Of a stretch of 64,000 nt of DNA, positions 9,302 to 19,571 are shown in pieces; positions within the stretch are counted from its first letter, which is position 1, and every line of letters begins with the position of its first letter. The position numbers were made by a program, and so were the translations under genes. Source of the stretch: Chthonomonadales bacterium (GTDB lineage: Bacteria > Armatimonadota > Chthonomonadetes > Chthonomonadales > CAJBBX01); contig JBMFSQ010000008.1 of assembly GCA_049967475.1 (NCBI GenBank), forward strand, positions 64,001-128,000. The letters run 5' to 3'. The notes below the pieces were generated by a model. That model did not search any database. It was given only the letters and a program-made list of their open reading frames with translations, and was not told where the DNA came from.

Positions 9302-10247
9302 CGAAATCCTCCCAGAAGCGAGAACTCAGGTACCTCTCGCCGCCGTCAGCGAATATGACGACGATGCGCGCGCGATCCAGTCGGTTGGCCAGGCGCAGAG
9401 CTGCGGCCAGCACGGCGCCGGAAGAGATGCCTACTACGAACCCTTCTTCTCGGGCGAGCCGGCGGGTCACCGCATAGGCTTCTTCCGTGTCTACCTCCAT
9501 GATCTCGTCCGGCAGCGATGGATCGAAGATGCCGGGTACGATGGCTGTAGGCAGGTGTTTGAGCCCTTCAAGCCCGTGGAAAGCCGAGGAGGGCTGCACG
9601 GCCACTAAGCGCACGCCTGGGACGTGTTCCCGCAGGTATCGGCCCGCTCCGGTAAACGTGCCGGTAGTTCCAAGGCCGCATACGAAATGAGTGAGTGCGC
9701 CCTCGGTCTGCTTCACGATCTCCGGTCCTGTTGTGGTGTAGTGAGCCCGCCAGTTCGCTGGGTTGTTGTACTGATCCGGGTAGAAGTACTGTTCCGGGCC
9801 CGCCGCATAGATCTCGCGGGCCTTAAGGATGGCGCCGTCAGAACCGAGGCGCGGATCTGTAAGCACGAGCTCGGCCCCGAGGATGCGCAGGAGCTGTTTG
9901 CGCTCTTCGCTGGCATTGAGGGGCAAACAGAGTTTGACCTTGTAGCCAAGCGCTGCGCCAATGAGGGCATAGGCGATGCCGGTGTTGCCTGAAGTAGCAT
10001 CGAGGATCGTCTTGCCTGGCGACAATCGGCCCGTGCGTTCTCCGTCACGGATCATGTTGAGCGCAGGACGGTCTTTGATGGATCCTCCCGGATTGAACCA
10101 TTCAGCTTTAGCCCAGACCTCCACGCGGCGGTTCTGGGGCGTGACCCGTGCCAAGCGGATCAGGGGCGTATTCCCCACCAGATCGAGGAGGGATGGAAGC
10201 GGCTGTTTGATTGAGCTCGAGCTCGACGTCATAGATCCGGCTTTCAT
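9282..10247 (-). CDS. cysM: PLP-dependent cysteine synthase (CysM/CysK family); start may be 10232
   Basis: GNTPL, KAEWFNPGGSIKDR, ATSGNTGIA, GLGTTGT. Confidence 0.88.
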   Translation of the reverse strand: MKAGSMTSSSSSIKQPLPSLLDLVGNTPLIRLARVTPQNRRVEVWAKAEWFNPGGSIKDRPALNMIRDGERTGRLSPGKTILDATSGNTGIAYALIGAALGYKVKLCLPLNASEERKQLLRILGAELVLTDPRLGSDGAILKAREIYAAGPEQYFYPDQYNNPANWRAHYTTTGPEIVKQTEGALTHFVCGLGTTGTFTGAGRYLREHVPGVRLVAVQPSSAFHGLEGLKHLPTAIVPGIFDPSLPDEIMEVDTEEAYAVTRRLAREEGFVVGISSGAVLAAALRLANRLDRARIVVIFADGGERYLSSRFWEDFDAGPNI

Positions 10248-10300
10248 TGCCCCTGCGCGGGCGGAATGGCATGCGCGGCCGATCCGTTCAACTGACCTAA

Positions 10301-10330
10301 ATTATATCATTACTCAAGTTTTATGCGCAA
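10301..10330 (-). promoter_or_regulatory. Putative sigma70 promoter for the cysM operon
   Basis: Minus strand TTGCGC-18 nt-TATAAT with extended TG (TGaTATAAT). Confidence 0.55.
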
Positions 10331-10594
10331 GGGGCGGATCGTGCTCTTTGCCCGGAGCTGGGAGCGGCAAACTTCCAACAGATATAACAGCTTCCCCTTG
10401 ACTCAGCTCTCGGGGCTGGGGTACGCTTTCATCGTTTTTGCGCTGCCGTAACTTGGATCGTGAAAAAGACCACAAAACTTGCCGATTTGGGAACGTTCGG
10501 CACATCTCCAGTCGCTTTACATGTTGGGAACCCGCGATGACCTTCGGGGGATGTCGGATTAGCTTCTGAAGAGACGTGCGTAATTGGAGCAGCC

Positions 10595-11311
10595 ATGGCC
10601 CAGGTATTTCCGCGTAGCGCCAATACGCTTGCCAGAGTGAGCCTTCTGGGCGTTGTGGTCGTGCCCTTGGGGATTTTGCTCACGGGGTCAGCCGTCACCC
10701 GCTCTGGCTACAACACGAAAGTAGATGTGCCTCAGGATCAGCCCGTTCCATTCAGCCATGAGCATCATGTGAATGAGCTTGGGATTGACTGCCGGTACTG
10801 CCACACGTCCGTGACGAAGTCTTCCTTCGCCGGCATACCGCCCACGTACACCTGTATGTCCTGCCACTCCCAAATCTGGACCAACAGCCCGCTGCTCAAG
10901 CCCGTGCGCGACAGTCTGGCGAATGGCGAGCCCTTGCAATGGGTGCGGGTGAACAAGCTGCCGGACTTCGTCTACTTCGATCACTCCATTCACATCAATC
11001 GGGGCATTAACTGCAACGTGTGCCACGGGCCCGTTCACCGCATGCAACTTACCTATAAAGGCAAGCCCTTCTTCATGTCCTTCTGCCTCAATTGCCATCG
11101 AAACCCGGAAGGCTATCTGCGTCCGCGAAACGAGGTTTTCAACCTTTATGTGCGATACCAGCGGGGCGATATTTCTGCGGAGGACCGAAGGATGCTGGAT
11201 GATCCCGACTATGTGCCGTCGCCGGCGCAGGTTGCCAAGGGCCGTGAGCTCGTGAAGGAATATGGGATCAAGAAGGCCCAGCTTACGGACTGCTGGATCT
11301 GTCATCGTTAG
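10595..11311 (+). CDS. actA: Alternative complex III pentaheme cytochrome c subunit
   Basis: Five CxxCH motifs (CRYCH, CMSCH, CNVCH, CLNCH, CWICH), QPVPFSHEHH, N-terminal TM helix. Confidence 0.93.
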   Translation: MAQVFPRSANTLARVSLLGVVVVPLGILLTGSAVTRSGYNTKVDVPQDQPVPFSHEHHVNELGIDCRYCHTSVTKSSFAGIPPTYTCMSCHSQIWTNSPLLKPVRDSLANGEPLQWVRVNKLPDFVYFDHSIHINRGINCNVCHGPVHRMQLTYKGKPFFMSFCLNCHRNPEGYLRPRNEVFNLYVRYQRGDISAEDRRMLDDPDYVPSPAQVAKGRELVKEYGIKKAQLTDCWICHR

Positions 11312-11329
11312 GACGGGCGAGGACGCTTC

Positions 11330-14300
11330 ATGATTGGCGACAACCACAACGATGCCCAAGACACCGATGGGCTCCACAAGATGAAAAGCCGCCTTGCCGG
11401 TCGCAAGGGCCAAGAGTATTGGCGCAGTTTGGAGGAGCTTGCAGATACTCCCGAGTTCCGCCGCTTCGTAGACGACGAATTCCCCAACCGCTCCTCACTG
11501 CTGGAGGCCATGCGAATGGACCGGCGGAGCTTCCTTACCCTGATGGGCTCTTCCATCGCTCTCGCGGGGCTTTCGGGCTGTCGCTTCCTGCCGGCAGAAA
11601 AGATCGTGCCTTACGTGCAGGCTCCCGAGGACCTCATCCCGGGTGTGCCCGTGTACTATGCCACGGCGGCGGTAATCGGCGGCTACGGTGTTGGCGTGCT
11701 CGTAGAGAGCCACGAGGGAAGACCCACGAAGATCGAGGGGAACCCTGGGCACCCGGCCAGTTTGGGAAGCACGGATGCGCTGGTGCAGGCTACGCTGCTG
11801 GATCTGTACGATCCGGAACGTTCCCAGAACGTGTCCAGGAAGGGCCAAGCGGCAACGTGGGATGCGTTTTTTGCCGAAGCGCGCAAGGCGCTGGGCGGGC
11901 TCGGTTCCGGCGGCGACGGGCTGCGCGTGCTTACGGGAACCGTAACCTCTCCAACTTTGGCACGCCAGATGGCCTCTCTATTGGCCAAGTACCCGGCGGC
12001 CCGATGGCACCGGTACGATCCGGCTGGGGATCACAACGCCCGCACAGGCACCATTGCAGCATTCGGCAAGCCGGTAATGGCCCTGTACCATCTGGATAAG
12101 GCATCCCGTATTCTGGCCCTCGATGCCGATTTCCTGCAGAGCCCGCCTTCCAACGTCCGGTACGCCAGAGATTTTGCCCAGCGCAGGCGTGTGAGGCGAG
12201 GTTCTACGGAGATGAGCCGGTTGTACGCGCTGGAAAGCACCCCCGGCATCACCGGCGCCGTGGCGGATCACCGCAAGGCTGTGCGTCCCGCTGAGGTTGA
12301 GGTGTACGCCCGTGCCGTGGCAGCAGCTTTGGGGCCGGCCGGGGGGTCGAGCTCCGGCGCGCCGGATGCTCCATGGGCAGCAGCGGTGGCCCGAGATTTG
12401 GCTGCCCATCGCGGCGCGAGCGTGGTCATTCCAGGGCAAGGTCAGCCCGCCGCCGTGCACGCGCTTGCCCATGCCATGAACCAGATGTTGGGCGCTGTAG
12501 GTAATACCGTGACCTTCGTGGAGCCGGCAGAAGCGGATCCTGTAGACCATCTGGCGTCGCTGCAGGAACTCGTGGCGGATATGCGTGCAGGCAAAGTGAA
12601 GGTGCTCCTGATCATAGGGGGCAACCCTGCCTATACCGCCCCGGCGGATTTGGAGTTCGCAGCCGCTTTGGGCGCTGTGCCCTTCAGCGTGCATCTGGGC
12701 CGCTATGAGGATGAGACGTCCCAGGCATGCCTCTGGCATCTGGCTGAGAGCCATTATTTGGAAGCATGGAGCGACGTGAGGGCCTTCGACGGTACAGCGT
12801 CCATCGTGCAGCCCCTCATTCAGCCTCTGTATTCTACGCGTTCCGCGCACGAGGTGTTGGCGGAGCTCATGGGGGAACCGGCGCCGGGACTGGAGATCGT
12901 GCAGAACTATTGGAAGGAGAAGTTCTCCGGGACCGGTCGCAACTTCCAAGATGCGTGGCGCAAGTGGCTCAATGACGGGGTTGTTCCCGGGACAGCTTCG
13001 CCTCCGATCGAGGTGCCGGCAGCCAAAATACCTGCGCAGTCGCCGGCTGCCGCGGGCGGGTACGACATCATCTTTCGGCCGGATCCCAATCTGCTGGACG
13101 GCACCTTCGCCAACAACGCCTGGCTCATGGAACTTCCGCGGCCGCTTACGAAGCTTACATGGGACAACGCAGCCCTCATGAGCCCGGCTACAGCCGTGCG
13201 GCTGGGGCTGGCCTCACCGGGGAAGGCCTATGTTGCCAACAGCCAAGTAGTGGAGCTTGCCTACAAGGGGCGGAGGCTGAAGGCGCCTCTCTTTATCCTG
13301 CCTGGGCACGCCGATGATTGCGTCACCCTTCATCTCGGTTGGGGGCGCAGCCGAGGCGGGTCCGTATGCGCCGGCAAGGGGGTGAATGCATATGCGCTCC
13401 AAACGTCCGACGCGCCAAACTTCGATACCGGGCTGCAAATACGCCCCACACAAGACCGCTACGAGCTGGTGTCTACGCATTACCACAGCGCCATAGACAT
13501 GGAAGGCCGCGAACCGGTGCTTTGGCGCACCTTCGACGATTTTGTGAAGAGTGGTTATGCCCCCGTGGCAGCGGAAGAGGAGAGCAACCCCAGCCAGAGC
13601 ATGTTCCAAACTCCTGCAGAGTACGCCCAGTACGACGGGTATGCCTGGGGAATGACCATAGACCTGAATGTGTGCATAGGATGCAACGCGTGTGTCGTGG
13701 CATGCCAGGCGGAGAACAATATCCCCGTAGTGGGGAAGGACCAGGTGTCCCGCGGGCGTGAGATGCACTGGATCCGCATTGACCGGTACTACCAGGGGAC
13801 ATCCGAAGCCGACCTCGAGAACCCCGTCACCTTCTTCGAGCCTGTACCCTGCATGCAATGTGAATTGGCTCCCTGTGAACCGGTGTGCCCCGTGGGTGCC
13901 ACGACCCACAGCCACGAGGGGCTCAATCAGATGGTTTACAACCGCTGTGTGGGTACGCGGTATTGCTCCAACAACTGCCCCTACAAGGTGCGCCGTTTCA
14001 ACTTCTACAAATTCTCCGCCGGCCAGCCCAACAACGCGCCGGGGAATTACGACAATCCCACCTTCAAGCTCATGGCGAACCCCAACGTCACCGTACGCGG
14101 CCGCGGGGTTATGGAGAAATGCACGTACTGCGTGCAGCGCATCAACGAAGCGCGCATCAAAGCCAAGGAGCGGAACCGTGTCATTCGGGACGGCGAGATA
14201 CAAACAGCGTGCCAGCAGGCTTGTCCCACTAAGGCGATCGTTTTTGGGAACATCCATGATGCCGGAGCAGAAGCAGCCCGTTTAAGGCAAGAGCCGGCTA

Positions 14301-14404
14301 AGTTCGTACTTCTCGGCGAACTGAATACCCGGCCGCGCACGACATATCTGGCCAAGTTCCGCAACCTGAACCCAGAGATCCGCACGGAGAAGAGCGTTGA
14401 GTAA
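11330..14404 (+). CDS. actB: Alternative complex III subunit B (molybdopterin-oxidoreductase-like plus Fe-S domain, Tat exported)
   Basis: YWRSLEEL, DRRSFL Tat motif, LSGC, GRPTKIEGNP; C-terminal CIGCNAC, CMQC..PC..VCP, CVGTRYCSNNCPY, MEKCTYC. Confidence 0.94.
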   Translation: MIGDNHNDAQDTDGLHKMKSRLAGRKGQEYWRSLEELADTPEFRRFVDDEFPNRSSLLEAMRMDRRSFLTLMGSSIALAGLSGCRFLPAEKIVPYVQAPEDLIPGVPVYYATAAVIGGYGVGVLVESHEGRPTKIEGNPGHPASLGSTDALVQATLLDLYDPERSQNVSRKGQAATWDAFFAEARKALGGLGSGGDGLRVLTGTVTSPTLARQMASLLAKYPAARWHRYDPAGDHNARTGTIAAFGKPVMALYHLDKASRILALDADFLQSPPSNVRYARDFAQRRRVRRGSTEMSRLYALESTPGITGAVADHRKAVRPAEVEVYARAVAAALGPAGGSSSGAPDAPWAAAVARDLAAHRGASVVIPGQGQPAAVHALAHAMNQMLGAVGNTVTFVEPAEADPVDHLASLQELVADMRAGKVKVLLIIGGNPAYTAPADLEFAAALGAVPFSVHLGRYEDETSQACLWHLAESHYLEAWSDVRAFDGTASIVQPLIQPLYSTRSAHEVLAELMGEPAPGLEIVQNYWKEKFSGTGRNFQDAWRKWLNDGVVPGTASPPIEVPAAKIPAQSPAAAGGYDIIFRPDPNLLDGTFANNAWLMELPRPLTKLTWDNAALMSPATAVRLGLASPGKAYVANSQVVELAYKGRRLKAPLFILPGHADDCVTLHLGWGRSRGGSVCAGKGVNAYALQTSDAPNFDTGLQIRPTQDRYELVSTHYHSAIDMEGREPVLWRTFDDFVKSGYAPVAAEEESNPSQSMFQTPAEYAQYDGYAWGMTIDLNVCIGCNACVVACQAENNIPVVGKDQVSRGREMHWIRIDRYYQGTSEADLENPVTFFEPVPCMQCELAPCEPVCPVGATTHSHEGLNQMVYNRCVGTRYCSNNCPYKVRRFNFYKFSAGQPNNAPGNYDNPTFKLMANPNVTVRGRGVMEKCTYCVQRINEARIKAKERNRVIRDGEIQTACQQACPTKAIVFGNIHDAGAEAARLRQEPAKFVLLGELNTRPRTTYLAKFRNLNPEIRTEKSVE

Positions 14405-15812
14405 TCTGCCTAGCGAGCGCATCCTTACCGGCGAACACTCCTATGGAACGATTGATCGCCGCATCGGCGAGGTCGTTCTTGATCAGCGGAAGCATCCCCT
14501 TCCGTGGTACGTCACCTTCGCCATAGGCTTCGGCCTGCTTCAGGTGATGATGCTGGCGTTTACCTGGCTCCTTTACAAAGGAGTAGGCATCTGGGGCATC
14601 AACATCCCTGTAGGCTGGGGCTTCGCGATCATCAATTTCGTGTGGTGGATCGGTATAGGTCATGCCGGGACGCTTATTTCGGCGATCCTTCTCTTGATGC
14701 GGCAGTTGTGGCGCAATTCCATCAACCGGTTCGCCGAGGCGATGACCCTCTTCGCCGTCATGTGCGCCGGCCTCTTTCCGTTACTCCACACCGGCAGGCC
14801 ATGGGTGGCGTACTGGCTCTTTCCTTATCCCAGTGTGCTTGGCGTATGGCCGCAGTTCCGCAGTCCTCTCGTATGGGATGTCTTCGCCGTGTCCACGTAC
14901 ATGACGGTGTCGGCCCTGTTTTGGTACATCGGCCTCATTCCAGACTTTGCCACCCTTCGGGACAGAGCCGGCAACCGCCTCGCCCAGATTATTTTCGGCA
15001 TTCTTTCCATGGGGTGGCGGGGTTCGGCCGGTCACTGGTTCCGGTATGAGACGGCCTACCTAATCCTTGCGGGCCTCTCCACGCCCCTCGTACTCTCCGT
15101 GCACAGCATTGTGAGCTTCGACTTCGCCGTGAGCATCATACCGGGCTGGCATACTACCATCTTTCCGCCGTACTTCGTGGCTGGAGCCATCTATGCCGGG
15201 TTCGCAATGGTGCTGATCCTGGCGATCCCCATTCGCGCGTGGTACGGCCTCAAGGACTTCATCACCATGCGCCACCTCGATTGGATGGCGAAGTTTATGC
15301 TGGGTACGGGCCTCGTGGTGTTCTACGGCTATGTGATGGAAGCCTTCTATGCCTGGTACAGCGGGAACAAATATGAGCAATACATGATGATGAACCGGTG
15401 GGTTGGGCCCTATGCGCCACTCTATTGGGCGCTCATCGTATGCAACGGCATCACTCCGCAATTCCTTTGGTCCCCCAAAGTGCGCCGGAATTTGGCCATG
15501 CTCTTCACCATATCCGTGGTGGTGAGCATCGGGATGTGGCTGGAGCGCTTCATGATCGTGGTAGAGAGCCTGCATCGGGACTTCCTCCCGTCGAGTTGGG
15601 GTATGTACGCAGGCACTATTTGGGATTGGGCTACCTTCATCGGCACCATCGGCTTCTTCACGTTCAACATGTTCCTGTTCATCCGGTTTGTTCCCATGAT
15701 CAACATGTTCGAGATGAAGGACCTCCTGCACAGGATTACGGGGCGCCTCCCCATGCATCCGGAGCCCAAACCTGTGCATGAAGCGAGAGAACTCGCAGAG
15801 GAGAGGGCGTGA
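14397..15812 (+). CDS. actC: Alternative complex III subunit C (NrfD/PsrC family, quinol binding)
   Basis: NFVWWIGIGHAGTLISAIL, WRNSINRFAEAMT, SPLVWDVFAVSTY. Confidence 0.94.
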   Translation: MSNLPSERILTGEHSYGTIDRRIGEVVLDQRKHPLPWYVTFAIGFGLLQVMMLAFTWLLYKGVGIWGINIPVGWGFAIINFVWWIGIGHAGTLISAILLLMRQLWRNSINRFAEAMTLFAVMCAGLFPLLHTGRPWVAYWLFPYPSVLGVWPQFRSPLVWDVFAVSTYMTVSALFWYIGLIPDFATLRDRAGNRLAQIIFGILSMGWRGSAGHWFRYETAYLILAGLSTPLVLSVHSIVSFDFAVSIIPGWHTTIFPPYFVAGAIYAGFAMVLILAIPIRAWYGLKDFITMRHLDWMAKFMLGTGLVVFYGYVMEAFYAWYSGNKYEQYMMMNRWVGPYAPLYWALIVCNGITPQFLWSPKVRRNLAMLFTISVVVSIGMWLERFMIVVESLHRDFLPSSWGMYAGTIWDWATFIGTIGFFTFNMFLFIRFVPMINMFEMKDLLHRITGRLPMHPEPKPVHEARELAEERA

Positions 15813-15821
15813 GGGAGCACC

Positions 15822-16367
15822 ATGGAGACACACGGCGCGCCAAAAGTGTACGGAATGCTGGCTGAGTTCGGCGATGCAGAAGAGATCGTGGTGGCGGCCG
15901 GCAAAGCCAAAGAGGCGGGATACGTGCGCCTCGATGCCTTTACTCCTTACCCCGTTCACGGCCTGCCGGAAGCCATCGGGTTCCGCGACGTGCTGGTGCC
16001 TTGGCTCATCTTCTTCGGCGGGGTGTGCGGCGCTGTGGGAGGCTTCGCCCTCCAGTACTGGATCAATGTTGTGGACTACCCTATGGATATTGGAGGGCGC
16101 CCCTTCGTTACGTGGCCGTCCTTCATTCCTGTAACCTTTGAATGTACCGTCCTGTTCGCAGCCTTCGCAGCGGTGATTGGGATGCTCATGTTGAACGGCC
16201 TTCCCCGCCCTCATCATCCGGTGTTTAACGCTGATCGCTTCGCTCGAGCGAGCCAGGACCGCTTCTTCCTGTGCATCGAGGCGCGGGATCCCCGGTATGA
16301 CGCGGCGGCAACACGTCGCTTCCTAGAAGGGCTCGGCGCCATCTCGGTGGAGGAGGTAGCGGCATGA
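15822..16367 (+). CDS. actD: Alternative complex III subunit D (DUF3341)
   Basis: DAFTPYPVHGL, IGGRP..WPSFIPVTFECTVL. Confidence 0.9.
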   Translation: METHGAPKVYGMLAEFGDAEEIVVAAGKAKEAGYVRLDAFTPYPVHGLPEAIGFRDVLVPWLIFFGGVCGAVGGFALQYWINVVDYPMDIGGRPFVTWPSFIPVTFECTVLFAAFAAVIGMLMLNGLPRPHHPVFNADRFARASQDRFFLCIEARDPRYDAAATRRFLEGLGAISVEEVAA

Positions 16368-17026
16368 CGGCACGGACTTCTCGATGGTTGCGCGTGGCAG
16401 TGGCACTGGTTGCAGGCGTCGGGCTCGGCGGCTGCCACACAGACATGTGGGTGCAGAACAAGATCCAGAAGCCCTATCAGGGAGATGCCTTTTTTGCCGA
16501 CGGATCCTCGGCACGCCCCGAAGTGGTGGGCGTCGTAGCCCACGGAGAGTACCATCCGGATGACGCCCTCTATACCGGGATGGATCACGGTAAGCTCGCT
16601 ACGGCATTTCCGTTCCCGATTACGAGAGCCGATTTGGCTCGAGGCCAGGACCAGTTCAATGTATTCTGTGCGCCGTGCCATGGCCGTCTCGGGTACGGCA
16701 ATGGGATGATCGCTCAGCGGGGCTTCGCCGTTCGGATCCAGCCGGGCAATTACCACACGGACCGGTTACGACGGATGCCGGTAGGACATTTCTTCGACGT
16801 GATAACCAACGGCTTTGGGATGATGTACGGGTACGCGTCGCGCATTCCCGATGTGAAGGACCGATGGCGCATCGTAGCCTACATCCGGGCGTTGCAGCTC
16901 AGCCAGCATGCGCCGTTGCGCGACGTTCCGCCGGGGGCGCTCGGGGCGGCTGATGCGCTCCAGAAGGAGGCCGCGCCGACCGATGGGGCGACCGAGCCCG
17001 GTGCGCCGAACAAGGGACAGCCATGA
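16364..17026 (+). CDS. actE: Alternative complex III monoheme cytochrome c lipoprotein
   Basis: Lipobox LGGC, DMWVQ, single CAPCH, DRWRIVAYIRALQ. Confidence 0.92.
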   Translation: MTARTSRWLRVAVALVAGVGLGGCHTDMWVQNKIQKPYQGDAFFADGSSARPEVVGVVAHGEYHPDDALYTGMDHGKLATAFPFPITRADLARGQDQFNVFCAPCHGRLGYGNGMIAQRGFAVRIQPGNYHTDRLRRMPVGHFFDVITNGFGMMYGYASRIPDVKDRWRIVAYIRALQLSQHAPLRDVPPGALGAADALQKEAAPTDGATEPGAPNKGQP

Positions 17027-18207
17027 GAGCATCCGATGAACTGATTGCAAAACTGAAGCAGGCGCGGGTCCCTGCCGCTGTTGTGGGGCTTGCAGGTACG
17101 GCTCTTTGTGTTGTGGGCGCCCTGGGGAGCTGGGAGCAGTTTCTGCAGTGTTATCTGTTCGCCTACGTGCTTTGGATGGGCATCACGCTGGGTTGTATGG
17201 CTTTGATGATGCTGCACCACATGGTCAAGAGCCGCTGGGGCCTTCCGATCGTTCGCCCGGCAGAGGCAGGGGCGGGGAACTTGTGGTTCATGGCACTGCT
17301 GTTTCTTCCGATCGCAGCAGGTTTGGGCGCCCTGTATCCGTGGGCTAAGCCGGCACTCGTGGCATCCAGCACCATCTTGAAGCACAAACAGCCCTACCTC
17401 AATGTGCCGTTCTTCATGGTGCGGGCCGTGATTTACTTTGGGATTTGGATGGGCTTGACCGCAGTGATCCGCAGATTATCGGTGCAACAGGATCAGAACG
17501 GGGATCTTACCCTTGCAGATCGGCGTGCGTCTTGGGCGGCTCCGGGTTTGGTGGCGTATGTGGTCACCGTCACCTTCGCGTTCACGGATTGGGTAATGTC
17601 GCTCCATCCATCGTGGTATTCCACGATCTTCGGCTTCTGGTTCGTAATGTCCCAGGGCATGAGCGGTCTCTGCTTCCTGATCGTTTTCCTTACGTTGGTT
17701 CGCCGGTACGCTCCCTTCGAGCCCTATGCAACGCCCGGCGGCTATCGAGACCTGGGGAACCTGCTGTTGACCTTCGTGATGTTTTGGGGATACCTGTCGC
17801 TTTCCCAGTTCTTGATCATCTATTCCGGAAACCTGCCGGACGAGGCCTCCTATTACTTGACGCGCATGCAGGGGATATGGTGGGCAATCGGCACCTTTCT
17901 GGTGCTGTTCCAATTCTTCGTTCCCTTCTTGCTGCTGCTTTCGGGTCGCACGAAGCGCACGCCCGTTTACCTGGGGAGCTTGGCCGCCTTTCTGCTTGCA
18001 GTGCGCGCGGTAGACATGTTCTGGACCGTTTTGCCGTTCTTCCCGATCCCTGCGACCACGCTGCCTCTCGGATATGTGTGGATGGGGTTGGCAGCCTTTG
18101 CAGCTATAGGGGGGTGGTGGGTGGTGCTCTTCTTAACGGCTCTGCCGCGGGCTCTGCTCGTTCCTATCGAGGTTCCCGGGGCAGCGGAGGTGCTGGAACA
18201 TGCGTAG
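17023..18207 (+). CDS. actF: Alternative complex III subunit F (ActC paralog)
   Basis: About 10 TM helices, KQPYLNVPFF, DWVMSLHPSWYSTIFG, SQFLIIYSGNLPDE; operon position. Confidence 0.88.
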   Translation: MRASDELIAKLKQARVPAAVVGLAGTALCVVGALGSWEQFLQCYLFAYVLWMGITLGCMALMMLHHMVKSRWGLPIVRPAEAGAGNLWFMALLFLPIAAGLGALYPWAKPALVASSTILKHKQPYLNVPFFMVRAVIYFGIWMGLTAVIRRLSVQQDQNGDLTLADRRASWAAPGLVAYVVTVTFAFTDWVMSLHPSWYSTIFGFWFVMSQGMSGLCFLIVFLTLVRRYAPFEPYATPGGYRDLGNLLLTFVMFWGYLSLSQFLIIYSGNLPDEASYYLTRMQGIWWAIGTFLVLFQFFVPFLLLLSGRTKRTPVYLGSLAAFLLAVRAVDMFWTVLPFFPIPATTLPLGYVWMGLAAFAAIGGWWVVLFLTALPRALLVPIEVPGAAEVLEHA

Positions 18208-18667
18208 AGCAGAGGAGAAAATGGATCCCCAGGTGGATTACTTGCGGAAGCTGGGGTACGAGGCCCGGGATGTGTCCCTCGAGGCTTTGGGCAAGTGGCT
18301 GATTGCCTTGGGCATCTTTATCGGCGGCACGGCGCTGGTTACCTACGGCATCTTCAAGTTGTTCGTAGCGCCTGTAGTTCCGGGCGCGGAACAAAGCCCC
18401 GGTCTTACGGCGCCATTGCCGCCCCCGCCCGCGCCGAACCCGGCGCTGCAGCCCGCCCCTCGGCTGGATTTGAAAAAGTGGCGCGAGGACGAAGACGCAG
18501 CCATGAACAGCTACGGCTGGGTGGACCGGCGCAAAGGTATCGTGCGCATCCCGGTGGAGCGGGCGATGGATTTGCTTGCCGCAGGTGGATTGCCGGTAAA
18601 GCAGGCACCCAACAAGGCGCCGTCGGCGGATGCAAGCGCCGGCGGCACAGCGGAAGCCTCCCATTAG
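18200..18667 (+). CDS. Single-TM ACIII-associated protein (ActG-like)
   Basis: GYEARDV, one TM helix, Pro-rich linker, YGWVDRRKGIVRIPVERAM; lies between actF and SCO. Confidence 0.7.
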   Translation: MRRAEEKMDPQVDYLRKLGYEARDVSLEALGKWLIALGIFIGGTALVTYGIFKLFVAPVVPGAEQSPGLTAPLPPPPAPNPALQPAPRLDLKKWREDEDAAMNSYGWVDRRKGIVRIPVERAMDLLAAGGLPVKQAPNKAPSADASAGGTAEASH

Positions 18668-18695
18668 CAGGCAACGCAGGATCGGTGGAGGAGCA

Positions 18696-19559
18696 ATGAA
18701 GATGGAGAAAGCGCTTGGAAAGGCGATTGCCGTGTTGGTGCTTGGGGTGGCGGTTACAGCCGCACCAACCCTTGCACAACAACAGCCGATAGATCTCGGC
18801 AAACAGGTTGGGTTGGACCAGAAACTCAACGCTCAGGTGCCGCTCAATGTAACCTTCCAAGATGAAACCGGGGCAACCGTTCCTCTTGGCAAATACTTTG
18901 GAAGCAAGCCGGTAGTACTGGTGCTGCCGTTCTACACGTGCCCGGGGATCTGCGCTCTCGAGTTGGATGGCATGGTAAAGGCTTTCCGTGGGCTGGATTT
19001 GGCGATGGGGAAAGACTACGAGGTGGTCACCATCAGCATCAATCCCAAGGAGACGCCTGCGCTTGCTGCGGCGAAGCATTCGGAATACGCATCGCTGTAT
19101 GCCAAACCCGGGGCCGACACGGGCTGGCACTTTTTGGTAGGGACCGATGCCAATATCCACGCCGTGGCGAACGCCGTGGGCTTTCGGTACGTGTACGACA
19201 AGGCAAACGACCAGTACGCCCATCCGGCAGGGATTATCGTGCTCACACCCGACGGGCGCACGAGCCATTACTTTTACGGCGTAGATTACATGCCGCGGGA
19301 CCTGCGCTTCGCTCTGATCACCGCATCGCGCGGGCGGATTGGGAGCCTGGTAGATCAGATCAAACTGCTCTGCTACCACATAGATCCTGCCACGGGCAAG
19401 TACGGCCTGTTGATCAGCCGGGTGCTCCAGTTGGCTGGGGGTGCTACTGTGCTCGCTCTGGGAACCTTCATGACGCTGATGTTCCTGCACGATCGGAAGC
19501 GGGCGCGGGCGACGGCTCCCCATGATGGAAGCGTTCAGATGCAGAGACCTGGTGCTTAG
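18696..19559 (+). CDS. SCO family copper chaperone
   Basis: CxxxC (CPGIC), YAHPAG, thioredoxin-like fold, signal peptide; GGAGGAG RBS before ATG 18696. Confidence 0.9.
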   Translation: MKMEKALGKAIAVLVLGVAVTAAPTLAQQQPIDLGKQVGLDQKLNAQVPLNVTFQDETGATVPLGKYFGSKPVVLVLPFYTCPGICALELDGMVKAFRGLDLAMGKDYEVVTISINPKETPALAAAKHSEYASLYAKPGADTGWHFLVGTDANIHAVANAVGFRYVYDKANDQYAHPAGIIVLTPDGRTSHYFYGVDYMPRDLRFALITASRGRIGSLVDQIKLLCYHIDPATGKYGLLISRVLQLAGGATVLALGTFMTLMFLHDRKRARATAPHDGSVQMQRPGA

Positions 19560-19571
19560 AGGAGCCGCACC

